NCBI GenBank assembly: GCA_017451295.1
Contig: JAFSPW010000049.1
Location: 1 to 63,566 of the forward strand
DNA from: Clostridia bacterium
GTDB lineage: Bacteria; Bacillota; Clostridia; Christensenellales; CAG-138
Length of the DNA: 63,566 nt
Direction: 5' to 3'
Shown here: positions 38,179 through 46,664 of the stretch, piece after piece
Layout: each line of letters starts with the position of its first letter
Position numbering within the stretch: the stretch's first letter is position 1
Made by a program: the position numbers and the translations under genes
Notes under the pieces: model-generated
What the model saw: only the letters and a program-made list of their open reading frames with translations
Told to the model about the DNA's origin: nothing
Databases searched by the model: none

Positions 38179-39123
38179 ATGAAACGCATCGTCATCGCCC
38201 TGGGCGGCAACGCCCTCCAGGAAGCCGGACAGCCCGCCACCGCCGAAGCTCAGCTTCAGGTGGTAGAAAGCACCGCCGCCTACATTGCGGACATCATCGC
38301 CGCCGGTTATCAGGTGGTGGTGGCCCATGGCAACGGACCCCAGGTGGGCCGCATCGTGTTGCAGAACGAGGCCGCCAACGCCATCACGCCCGCCCTGCCC
38401 TTCGATGTTTGCGGCGCCATGAGCCAGGGCTACATCGGCTATCACATCCAGCAGGGGCTTTCCAAGGTCCTGCGTGCGCGGGGCATTCAAAAGAGCGTGG
38501 TCACCCTGGTGACCCAGGTGGTGGTGGATAAGGACGACCCTAAGTTTCAGAACCCCACGAAGCCCATCGGCCCCTTCTATTCCAAGGAGGAAGCTGAGGC
38601 TCTCACGAAAGAGAAGGGCTATGTTATGAAGGAGGACGCCGGTCGAGGCTATCGCCGGGTGGTGGCTTCCCCCCTGCCGGTCCGCATCGTGGAGCTGGAT
38701 GCCGTAAAGGCCTTGGAGCAAGCCGGCTTCGTGGTGGTCACCGTGGGCGGCGGCGGTATCCCCGTGGTGGAGGATGAATATGGCAACCTCACGGGTACGG
38801 CGGCGGTCATCGACAAGGACCTGGCCAGCGAAAAACTGGCGGAGGACTTGGATGCCGATGCCCTGGTCATCCTGACGGCGGTGGAAACCGTGGCCATCAA
38901 CTATAAGAAGCCGAACCAGCAGGAGCTTTCTGCCATGACCGTGAAAGAGGCGGAGCAGTACGCCGCCGAGGGTCAGTTCGCCCCCGGTTCCATGCTGCCC
39001 AAGGTGGAGGCGGCGGTGAAGTTTGCCAAGAGCAAGCCCGGCCGCAAGTGCATCATCACCTCCCTTGAAAAGGCAGTGGATGCCCTGCAGGGCCGTGCCG
39101 GCACCGTGGTAACCCTAAACTAA
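38179..39123 (+). CDS. arcC: Carbamate kinase
   Basis: IALGGNAL, HGNGPQVG, PTKPIGPFY, RRVVASPLP, AVIDKD, GSMLPK. Confidence 0.95.
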   Translation: MKRIVIALGGNALQEAGQPATAEAQLQVVESTAAYIADIIAAGYQVVVAHGNGPQVGRIVLQNEAANAITPALPFDVCGAMSQGYIGYHIQQGLSKVLRARGIQKSVVTLVTQVVVDKDDPKFQNPTKPIGPFYSKEEAEALTKEKGYVMKEDAGRGYRRVVASPLPVRIVELDAVKALEQAGFVVVTVGGGGIPVVEDEYGNLTGTAAVIDKDLASEKLAEDLDADALVILTAVETVAINYKKPNQQELSAMTVKEAEQYAAEGQFAPGSMLPKVEAAVKFAKSKPGRKCIITSLEKAVDALQGRAGTVVTLN

Positions 39124-39126
39124 GAC

Positions 39127-39172
39127 TTATCCACACAATCCACACTATCCACAGTTTTCCGACTTATCCACA
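39127..39172 (+). promoter_or_regulatory. Intergenic DnaA-box cluster
   Basis: TTATCCACA (39127), CAATCCACA (39136), CTATCCACA (39145), TTATCCACA (39164), all co-oriented. Confidence 0.75.
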
Positions 39173-39202
39173 TTTTGACCAATTTTATAAGGAGGATACC
39201 CC

Positions 39203-40477
39203 ATGAAACCCTATGCCGACCTAACCAAAGCCCAACAGCAAGCGGAATTAGTTGCCCTGCAGGAACAGTATCAGCAGATAAAGGCCCGGGGGCTCAGCCT
39301 GAACATGGCTCGGGGCAAGCCCTCATCTGAGCAGCTGGACATTGTCAACGGCATGCTGACCACGCTGTCTGCCGGTTCAGACTGCTATGACGGAAAGCTG
39401 GACGTGCGTAACTATGGGGAGCTCATGGGCATTCCCAGCGCCCGGGCGCTGTTTGCGGACATCCTCGATACCGTGCCGGAGAAGATTATGGTGGGGGGCA
39501 GCGCCTCGCTGCAGCTCATGTTCGATTTAATCAGCAAGGCCTACACCCACGGTCTGCTCCATTCCCCCACGCCCTGGGCAAAGCTCGATACGGTGAAGTT
39601 CCTTTGCCCCGCCCCGGGCTATGACCGGCATTTTACCGTCAGCAGCACGTTTGGCATGGAGCTTGTGTATGTGCCCATGACAGAGAACGGGCCGGACATG
39701 GACAAGGTGGAGGAGCTTGTCCAGGACCCCACCGTGAAGGGTATCTGGTGCGTGCCCAAGTATTCCAATCCCGACGGCATCATCTATTCCAAAGACACCA
39801 TCGAGCGGTTTATCCATCTTCAACCGGCCGCCCCGGACTTTACCATCATGTGGGACAACGCGTATTGCATCCACGAGGTCATCGGGGACTATGTGCCCTT
39901 CCCGGATATCCTGTCGCTGGCGGCGCAGGCGGGCACGGAGGATATGTTCTATGAGTTTGCCTCCACCAGCAAGATTACCTTCCCCGGTGCCGGTATCTCC
40001 TGCATGGCGGCCAGCGTGGACAACATACAGTACATTCAACGGATTCTCTCCGCCCAGATCATCAGCTACGACAAGGTGAACCAGCTGCGGCATGTGAAGT
40101 ATTTGAAGGACAAAGCCCACACCCTGGAGCTGATGCAAGAGCACGCCAAGGTTTTAGGTCCCAAGTTCCAGGCCGTATTAGACGCCCTGGACAGGGAGAT
40201 TGCGCCGCTCAACATCGCCACCTGGCGCCGTCCCAAGGGCGGCTACTTCGTCAGCTTCTATGCCATGCCCGGCACCGCCAAGCGCATCTTCGCCCTGTGC
40301 AAGGAGGCGGGCTTGGTCATGACCAACGCCGGTGCCACCTATCCCTATGGCAAGGACCCCGCGGACAGCAACCTGCGTATCGCCCCCTCCTATCCGCCCC
40401 TGCAGGATTTACAGCAAGCCATGGAAATCTTCTGCCTGTGCACCAAGATAGCCGCCCTGGAAAAGCTGCTTGGCTAA
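39203..40477 (+). CDS. PLP-dependent aminotransferase class I/II (Rv3722c/AspAT Ic-like)
   Basis: LNMARGKPS, PGYDRHF, VPKYSNPDG, WDNAY, STSKITFPGAG, LRIAPS. Confidence 0.9.
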   Translation: MKPYADLTKAQQQAELVALQEQYQQIKARGLSLNMARGKPSSEQLDIVNGMLTTLSAGSDCYDGKLDVRNYGELMGIPSARALFADILDTVPEKIMVGGSASLQLMFDLISKAYTHGLLHSPTPWAKLDTVKFLCPAPGYDRHFTVSSTFGMELVYVPMTENGPDMDKVEELVQDPTVKGIWCVPKYSNPDGIIYSKDTIERFIHLQPAAPDFTIMWDNAYCIHEVIGDYVPFPDILSLAAQAGTEDMFYEFASTSKITFPGAGISCMAASVDNIQYIQRILSAQIISYDKVNQLRHVKYLKDKAHTLELMQEHAKVLGPKFQAVLDALDREIAPLNIATWRRPKGGYFVSFYAMPGTAKRIFALCKEAGLVMTNAGATYPYGKDPADSNLRIAPSYPPLQDLQQAMEIFCLCTKIAALEKLLG

Positions 40478-40532
40478 GACACAAACGCAAAAAAAGAGCC
40501 GGTGATACTATCGGGTCTTCCATCAAAGCATA

Positions 40533-40572
40533 CAATTCGGAGAGAGTGAAAGCTCTCTCCGATTGTTATTTT
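40533..40572. terminator. Terminator hairpin between convergent genes
   Basis: TCGGAGAGAG-TGAAAG-CTCTCTCCGA stem. Confidence 0.6.
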
Positions 40573-40587
40573 TACGATTGCCGACAG

Positions 40588-41856
40588 CTATGCCCAGATG
40601 AGCCAGAGGTATACATACCCGGTCATCACCGCAACTAAGGTGTAGGGCAGGCCGATTCGCATAAACTCTGCAAACGACACCTGATATCCTTCTTTTCTCA
40701 GCATTCCCACTGCGGCGATATTCGCAGATGCACCGATAGGCGTGACGTTTCCGCCTAAGGTAGCGCCGGACAGCAGCCCGAAGTACAGAAGATACGGCTC
40801 CATCCCCAGCGCTGCCGTTACAGCCGTCAGAACAGGCAGCATCGTCGCCACATACGGGATATTATCAACGAAGGCGGAAATAAGCACCGATCCCCAGACT
40901 ACGATTGTGTATAACAGGAAGATGTTGTTGCCGCCGAATGTTACAATCAGCCTTGCAAAATCATCGATGATGCCAACATTTGTGAGTCCGCCTATTACGA
41001 CAAACAATCCTGTAAGAAGCCCCAGCGTTTCAAAGTCCAGATTCTGTATGGCCTCGATGGCATTATGTGCATCTCTGGCTTGAATGAAATCAATCAGGAT
41101 CGTGACAACTGCCAATGAACAGCAGATAACGCCATTGATTATCTGCGGTGCATCCGGGATGAATGAAGCGGTAATGAGAGCCGCAACCATCAAAAGCAGC
41201 ATTACGGTCGGAACATAGTTGCTGACGGAAGTTTTCTCTGTTGCTGATACCGGCGCCTTGTCTTTGCGGAACAAATACATCATGACCGGCACGGTAGCGA
41301 GCGCTCCGAGTTCTACGGCAAAGAAGATGCCGGGCCGTCCGTTCATCCAAAAGAAATCCATGAAGTTCATGTTCGCATAGTCGCCTAACATGATGGATGT
41401 TGTATCCCCGACAAGCGTTGCAGCGCCCTGCAGATTGGAGGACACTGCAATAGAAAGAATCATGCCCACGGGGCTCATCTTTAGCTTTTTGCAAATGGCC
41501 ATCCCCACGGGAGCAACCATCAGGACCGTGGCAACGTTGTCGATGAATGCCGAGATTACGCCGGCAAAGAGAGACATCAGTATGGTTACCCACATAACAT
41601 TTTTAGATTTTCCCAGCAGGATGTCTGCCAAAAGGTTCGGCATGCGGGAATCAATGAAATAATAAACGATAATCATTGTTCCCGCTATCATCAGCAAAAC
41701 ATTCCAGTTGATCGTTGACAGCAGATTGTTCAGGGGCAATATGCCTGAAATCAGAAAAATCGCCGCCACAGACAGAGCGTAAATCGGCCTGTATTTTGGC
41801 TTGGCGATCATAAGTACATACATCAAAGCAAACAGGACTAAAGCAAGAATCTTCAT
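40588..41856 (-). CDS. ArsB/NhaD/SLC13-type ion transporter permease
   Basis: SAFIDNVATV, SNLQGAATLVGD, SAFVDNIP, LGGNVTPIGASAN; about 12 TM helices. Confidence 0.88.
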   Translation of the reverse strand: MKILALVLFALMYVLMIAKPKYRPIYALSVAAIFLISGILPLNNLLSTINWNVLLMIAGTMIIVYYFIDSRMPNLLADILLGKSKNVMWVTILMSLFAGVISAFIDNVATVLMVAPVGMAICKKLKMSPVGMILSIAVSSNLQGAATLVGDTTSIMLGDYANMNFMDFFWMNGRPGIFFAVELGALATVPVMMYLFRKDKAPVSATEKTSVSNYVPTVMLLLMVAALITASFIPDAPQIINGVICCSLAVVTILIDFIQARDAHNAIEAIQNLDFETLGLLTGLFVVIGGLTNVGIIDDFARLIVTFGGNNIFLLYTIVVWGSVLISAFVDNIPYVATMLPVLTAVTAALGMEPYLLYFGLLSGATLGGNVTPIGASANIAAVGMLRKEGYQVSFAEFMRIGLPYTLVAVMTGYVYLWLIWA

Positions 41857-41868
41857 CTTATTCCTCCG

Positions 41869-41970
41869 TCAACACCTGTGGGAATATTGAGAATTATGGG
41901 GCATTTGATTCATGCCGTAGATAAAGAACGCCAATCCGCCGAGCAATGTGAATACGGAAAAGATACTCAT
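41869..41970 (-). pseudogene. Truncated N-terminus of a Na/Pi cotransporter (NptA/YjbB-like)
   Basis: MSIFSVFTLLGGLAFFIYGMNQM then an abrupt unrelated tail and stop; GGAGG RBS. Confidence 0.6.
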
Positions 41971-42003
41971 AGATGCCTCCGAATGTAGTGTTGCAAAATG
42001 AAC

Positions 42004-42125
42004 AAAAAAAACTTTTACCACAACCAAAGCTGTGGTAAAAGTCTTGCTGCTTCGAACAGATTCCGGGGAAAATCCCGTACTGACGGAATATGTTGCGCGC
42101 TTGCGCCAGCTACTCCCTAATACCT
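42004..42125 (-). promoter_or_regulatory. yybP-ykoY (Mn2+) riboswitch with overlapping terminator
   Basis: Minus strand reads TAGGGAGTAGC...CCGTCAGTACGGG..CCCGG...AGCAAGAC, then CTTTTACCACA-loop-TGTGGTAAAAG-T8; TTGACA at 42156-42161. Confidence 0.8.
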
Positions 42126-42227
42126 ATAGTATCATATAACACTTTAGCGTCATTTTGTCAAGAAAGAGCGCCGGGCGACGGCAGTCAAAAAGTGCAATGT
42201 ACCGCTCCTCTGCAAAGCTGTGCGCTA

Positions 42228-42581
42228 TCAATCGGCGCTTTGATTCTTTTTTGCTGTATTTACCGAGTAAACAAGCATTCTACGAAGGGAGCCGCACATA
42301 TGAATGAGCCCAGATACTGTATCCGATGGTGCAAGCTCTGCCTTCTGCATGAGCTCCAACCAGTATTCTGTTTCATAGCACTCTTTCAATGCAATTTGCA
42401 GTTTTACTATGAAATCCGCTCTGCTGTGGGCATAGTTTGCCTCACGAATATTTGCTCCAATACTGGTGGCGGAACGTTCCAACTGATTGACAAGGGAATA
42501 ATGTCCTTTTATAGTATCACACAGTTTCAATATATTAACGGAAAAATCCATTGAGAGTGCGGCAAGTTTGCTTTCAGCCAT
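42228..42581 (-). CDS. Four-helix-bundle protein (TIGR02436/23S-IVP family, Avd-like fold)
   Basis: LVNQLERSATSIGANIREA..AHSRADFIVKLQIALKECYETEYWLEL signature; GAGGTGA RBS. Confidence 0.92.
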   Translation of the reverse strand: MAESKLAALSMDFSVNILKLCDTIKGHYSLVNQLERSATSIGANIREANYAHSRADFIVKLQIALKECYETEYWLELMQKAELAPSDTVSGLIHMCGSLRRMLVYSVNTAKKNQSAD

Positions 42582-42629
42582 AGAAGTCACCTCATGAACA
42601 TCATATCACACGAAATGTAAGGGAACAAC

Positions 42630-42807
42630 GGTGAAATCGCGGCCCCGGCCGCGGTGAAATCAACGGCCAATGCCATTGGTGAAATCCTCTCACTTCGTCC
42701 TCGGGTGAAATGAAATCCGTCCCGCACCCCGCGAAGCGGGATTTCACCGCGAAGCGATTTCGCCCACCGAAGGTGGATTTCACCCGTCCGAAAGGACGGA
42801 TTTCGTT
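42630..42807 (-). repeat. Structured tRNA-3'-linked element, copy C (behind tRNA-Leu, upstream of the four-helix-bundle gene)
   Basis: GATTTCRYY at 42799, 42776, 42756, 42740 and GGTGAAAT(C/G) at 42704, 42678, 42653, 42630; hairpins differ in sequence from A/B but remain paired. Confidence 0.9.
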
Positions 42808-42847
42808 GAAAAAAGCACTTTTGTCTATCGACAAAAGTGCTTTTTTC
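42808..42847 (-). terminator. Intrinsic terminator after tRNA-Leu
   Basis: GAAAAAAGCACTTTTGTC-loop-GACAAAAGTGCTTTTTTC. Confidence 0.8.
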
Positions 42848-42848
42848 T

Positions 42849-42932
42849 TGGTGCGGTGGACGAGACTTGAACTCGTACGCACGGAGCACACGCACCTCAA
42901 ACGTGCCTGTCTGCCAATTCCAGCACCACCGC
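42849..42932 (-). tRNA. tRNA-Leu(GAG)
   Basis: GCGGTGGTGCTGGAATTGGCAGACAGGCACGTTTGAGGTGCGTGTGCTCCGTGCGTACGAGTTCAAGTCTCGTCCACCGCACCA; long variable arm; TTGACA-17-TATAAT promoter at 42944-42972. Confidence 0.96.
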
Positions 42933-43013
42933 GTACTTGATGGATTATACTGTAGTCGGGGGCTTTTGTCAATGGTTGGTGTAAAAACTTTTTTTCGACA
43001 CATACTAAAGCCC

Positions 43014-44210
43014 ATGAAATATGTTTTGCTATGTATCCTGCTGCTACTTTGCACAGGCTGTAAATCCACCACCAAGATAGCCGATGCCACCGCCCCCACG
43101 GCGGCGGCGACCCACTCCCCTGCCCCTACGGCGTATAGCCTCACCAGAGTGGAGGTACAGCTCACGGCGGGCAAGGATACGCTCACCTATACCCTTTGGG
43201 ACCTGGGGCTTAGGCAGAAGGATGGAAAACGGACCCTTGATGCGGCTGTGTTTTCTGCCCTCTGTGAGAAGCTGAATACTGCCTACGGTCAAAGCAGCAC
43301 GGATGCCGCCCTGACCACAACGCCCGACAGCGCCGAAGCTTTCTCCATTCAGGCCGAGCAGGACGGGTATCAGGTCGATACCCAAGCCCTGCGGCAAGCC
43401 ATCCTTGCCTATGAGCCGGGGCAGGTCATCGAGCTTACCATGGAGCCGGTGAAAGCCAGCATAACGGCGGCGGACCTGCAGCAGCGCTACGGGCTCATAT
43501 CGCAGTTTACCACCTCCTTCTCCGGCTCCACCCTGTCAAAAAAGAACCGGGTCAAGAACATGGCCCTGGCGGTGGAGCGGATCAACGGCCAGGTGATAAA
43601 GCCCGGGGAGGAGTTTAGCATGAACAAGACCATTCTCGATAGAACCAAGCAAAACGGCTACTACAAAGCCGCCGCCATTCGGGACGGCACCTATGTCCAG
43701 GAGTACGGCGGCGGGGTCTGCCAGGTGTCCAGCACCCTGTGCAATGCGGCGCTCATGGCAGACCTGCAGATTACGGAGCGGCACCACCACTCCTGGCCCA
43801 TGCACTATGTTCCCATCGGCCGGGATGCCACCATCGCCACCGGCTATAAGGACTTTACCTTTGTGAACTCCACAGCGGGGGATCTGCTGATTCGGGCCCG
43901 GATGGACGAGAAGAAGAAGACCCTCACCGTAGAGCTCTACGGCGAACTGCCCACGGACTTTGCCTATATAGAGGTCGTGTCGGAAAAGACAGGCTCCCTT
44001 CCCGGCAAGGGCAGCAAAACCATGCTGGACGAGAGCCTGCCCGCCGGTTCCAAGGTGGAGGAAAAGAAAGCCCGGCAGGGAAAAACCTCCGTCACCTATA
44101 AGGATTATTACGACAGCAACGGGCAGAAGATAAAGCGGGAAGTAGCCTGGAAGGACACCTATCCTTCCATCGAAGGGCTCGTGTACGTGTCCGCCGACCT
44201 GTATCATTGA
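43014..44210 (+). CDS. VanW-family lipoprotein (with a G5-like C-terminus)
   Basis: CTGC lipobox; NRVKNM, PGEEFS.N, GGGVCQVSSTL.NA, ERHHHS..YVP.GRDAT. Confidence 0.88.
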   Translation: MKYVLLCILLLLCTGCKSTTKIADATAPTAAATHSPAPTAYSLTRVEVQLTAGKDTLTYTLWDLGLRQKDGKRTLDAAVFSALCEKLNTAYGQSSTDAALTTTPDSAEAFSIQAEQDGYQVDTQALRQAILAYEPGQVIELTMEPVKASITAADLQQRYGLISQFTTSFSGSTLSKKNRVKNMALAVERINGQVIKPGEEFSMNKTILDRTKQNGYYKAAAIRDGTYVQEYGGGVCQVSSTLCNAALMADLQITERHHHSWPMHYVPIGRDATIATGYKDFTFVNSTAGDLLIRARMDEKKKTLTVELYGELPTDFAYIEVVSEKTGSLPGKGSKTMLDESLPAGSKVEEKKARQGKTSVTYKDYYDSNGQKIKREVAWKDTYPSIEGLVYVSADLYH

Positions 44211-44262
44211 CGAACGCCAGCCATAGGGGTATACTTTAGAAAAAAGAACGGAGCATATCCAT

Positions 44263-45048
44263 ATGATACTCATTCGCGGGGCCGGTGATATGGCCAGCGG
44301 CATCGCGCTTAGGCTCTACCGCTCAGGCTTTACCCTGGCTATGACGGACCTACAGCACCCCACCTCCATCCGCCGCACGGTGTGCTTTAGCGAGGCTATC
44401 CCCCTGGGCACCTGCCAGGTGGAGGGTATAAAGGCGCAGCGGGCCGATACCGTTAGGGAGGTACAGGCGCTTTTTCAGCAGGGCATCATCCCCGTCCTGC
44501 CCGACGATGCAGGCACCGCCCTCGGCCTCCTGTCCCCCGATGCGCTCATCGACGCCCGCCTAATGAAAGTGAACCTCGGCACCGCCATCACCCAAGCCCC
44601 CATCGTCATCGGCATCGGTCCGGGCTTTATGGCAGGGGTGGACTGCCACGCCGTCGTGGAGACCCAACGGGGCCACTACCTGGGCCGGGTCATCTATGAA
44701 GGCGCCGCCGCCCCAAACACGGGCATTCCCGGCCTCATCGGCGGCTATGGCATCGAGCGACTCATCAAAGCCCCCTGCGAAGGCATCTTCACCCCCTGTC
44801 GTCAAATAGGGGATACGGTGGAAAAAGGGGATATTGTGGCCTATGTGGACCATGAGCCCGTCAAAGCCCAAATTGGCGGCATCCTCCGGGGCATCCTGCC
44901 CGAAGGCACGCCCGTATACCCGGGCATGAAAAGCGGAGACGTGGACCCCCGCTGTGAGATAGACCATTGCCGCTGCGCCTCGGACAAGGCCCTTTCCGTC
45001 GCCGGCGGCGCCCTCGAAGCCCTGCTCCACTTTGGGTACAGAGAGTAA
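44263..45048 (+). CDS. Selenium-dependent molybdenum hydroxylase system protein YqeB/EF2563 family
   Basis: IRGAGDMASG, IRRTVCFSEA, ETQRGHYLGRV, GMKSGDVDPR, SDKALSVAGG. Confidence 0.88.
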   Translation: MILIRGAGDMASGIALRLYRSGFTLAMTDLQHPTSIRRTVCFSEAIPLGTCQVEGIKAQRADTVREVQALFQQGIIPVLPDDAGTALGLLSPDALIDARLMKVNLGTAITQAPIVIGIGPGFMAGVDCHAVVETQRGHYLGRVIYEGAAAPNTGIPGLIGGYGIERLIKAPCEGIFTPCRQIGDTVEKGDIVAYVDHEPVKAQIGGILRGILPEGTPVYPGMKSGDVDPRCEIDHCRCASDKALSVAGGALEALLHFGYRE

Positions 45049-45080
45049 AAAAGAACCACCCGCCATGGGTGGTTTTTGCT
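45047..45080. terminator. Bidirectional terminator between the yqeB-like gene and mntP
   Basis: AAAAAAGAACCACCC-GCCAT-GGGTGGTTTTTG. Confidence 0.65.
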
Positions 45081-45082
45081 TG

Positions 45083-45649
45083 TCAAAAGCCGATGATTCC
45101 CAGGTGCTCCAGCAGAATCTTGATGCCGAGGAGTATCAGCATGATGCCGCCCAAAAGTTCGGCGGTCTGCTTATACCTGGTGCCAAAGATGCTGCCAATC
45201 TTCACGCCCAGGGCGGAAAGAAGGAAGGTGGTGCAGCCGATATAGACGACGGCCGGCCCGATGGCCACATTCAGGAAGGCGAAGGTGACCCCCACGGCAA
45301 GCGCATCGATGCTCGTGGCTACCGCCAGCGGCAGCATGACGAAAAACCCCAACGAGGCGTTTATGTGCTCCGGGTCCTTGTCAAAGGATTCCCGGACCAT
45401 GTTGGCCCCGATGAGCCCCAGCAGCACGAAGGCAATCCAATGGTCCACGGCGGCGATATAGGCCGAAAAGCGGCTGCCGAGCAGGTAGCCCATAAGCGGC
45501 ATCAGCGCCTGGAACGCCCCGAACCACAGCCCCACCAGCAGCGCATGCTTAGAATTGATGCGGCCGATGGAAAGTCCCTTGCACACCGCCACGGCAAAGG
45601 CGTCCATGGAGAGCCCCACCGCCAGCATACCAAGCTCAATAAACGACAT
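45083..45649 (-). CDS. mntP: Manganese efflux pump MntP family
   Basis: LSMDAFAVAV.KG, FQALMPL.G, DHWIAF, ATSIDALAVG, AELLGG.ILI. Confidence 0.9.
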   Translation of the reverse strand: MSFIELGMLAVGLSMDAFAVAVCKGLSIGRINSKHALLVGLWFGAFQALMPLMGYLLGSRFSAYIAAVDHWIAFVLLGLIGANMVRESFDKDPEHINASLGFFVMLPLAVATSIDALAVGVTFAFLNVAIGPAVVYIGCTTFLLSALGVKIGSIFGTRYKQTAELLGGIMLILLGIKILLEHLGIIGF

Positions 45650-45790
45650 ACCCTCGCTCCTTAACAAACTATGGAGCATGCTACCAAATATGCCTGAGAA
45701 AAGCAAGAGACATCCTGTGTTTTTTTGGTATACCGATTGACGATATACGATATATCTGGTAGTATACTCCCAGAAACGGAGGATTTTTCC

Positions 45791-46648
45791 ATGGCAAAAC
45801 CAGTAAAGATAACCGCCGACAGTCCCTGTGATATCGGCAAAATGCTGCAAGCCCGCTACGATGTGGGCCTCATTCCCCTCCATGTCTCCATGAATAACGT
45901 GGAGTATCTGGACGGGGTGAACATCACCAACGACATGATCTACGACAACTGGCACAAGACCGGTTCTTTGCCCAAGACCAGCGCCGTCAGCGTGGGCGAA
46001 TATGAGGATGCCTTCGAGGAGTATCTCAACGCGGGCTATGAAGTGATTCATTTCTCCCTGGGCTCCGGCCTCTCCGTCACCCATCAAAGCGCCGTCACCG
46101 CCGCTGAGGAGCTTTCCGGGGTCTATGTTATCGACAGCCGTTCCCTGTCCACGGGCATCAGCCTGCTTATCTGCGAAGCGGGGGAACGGGTGAAAGAGGG
46201 CAAGGATGCGAAGACCATCGTCGATGAAATCAACGCGCTGACCATGAACAACTGCGCCACCTTCATTCTCGATACCCTGGACTTTCTGCATGCCGGCGGC
46301 CGCTGCTCGTCGCTTGCCCACATGGGTGCCAATCTTATGAGCATCAAGCCCAGCATCAAGGTGGTCAACGCCGAAAACGGCAGCATGGTCGTGGGCAAGA
46401 AATACTTCGGGAAGCTGAAAAAATGCATCCTCCAGTATATCCACGACCAGCTGGCCGACAGGACCGACATCGTTCGGGACCGCATCTTCATCACCCACTC
46501 GGGCTTCCCCGAGGAGGACATCGCCTGGATGAAGCAAGAGGTAGAAAAGTATGGTCCCTGGGGCGAGGTCATCGTCACCACCGCCGGGTGCACCATCTCC
46601 TCCCATTGCGGGCCGGGGTGCATCGGGGTCCTGTTCCTGACCAAATAA
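45791..46648 (+). CDS. DegV family fatty-acid-binding protein
   Basis: ITADSPCD, PKTSA, SGLS.T.QSA, IDSRSLS.G, L.AGGR, ISSHCGPG. Confidence 0.92.
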   Translation: MAKPVKITADSPCDIGKMLQARYDVGLIPLHVSMNNVEYLDGVNITNDMIYDNWHKTGSLPKTSAVSVGEYEDAFEEYLNAGYEVIHFSLGSGLSVTHQSAVTAAEELSGVYVIDSRSLSTGISLLICEAGERVKEGKDAKTIVDEINALTMNNCATFILDTLDFLHAGGRCSSLAHMGANLMSIKPSIKVVNAENGSMVVGKKYFGKLKKCILQYIHDQLADRTDIVRDRIFITHSGFPEEDIAWMKQEVEKYGPWGEVIVTTAGCTISSHCGPGCIGVLFLTK

Positions 46649-46664
46649 CACAGACAGTTTACAG

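Noticed and set aside
38038-38721. N-terminal extension of the 401-aa ORF 37516..38721
   Set aside because: Antisense to arcC; only the portion from the GTG at 38037 looks like a real lipoprotein.
39124-39180. oriC
   Set aside because: Too short, no DUE, no dnaA/dnaN nearby, and the gene-orientation pattern suggests the terminus region.
42228-42581. Diversity-generating retroelement
   Set aside because: An Avd-like fold is present, but there is no reverse transcriptase and no TR/VR pair with adenine-specific mismatches in the window.
43014-44210. Vancomycin resistance cluster
   Set aside because: A lone VanW-domain lipoprotein is common in Clostridia; no vanHAX or vanRS context.
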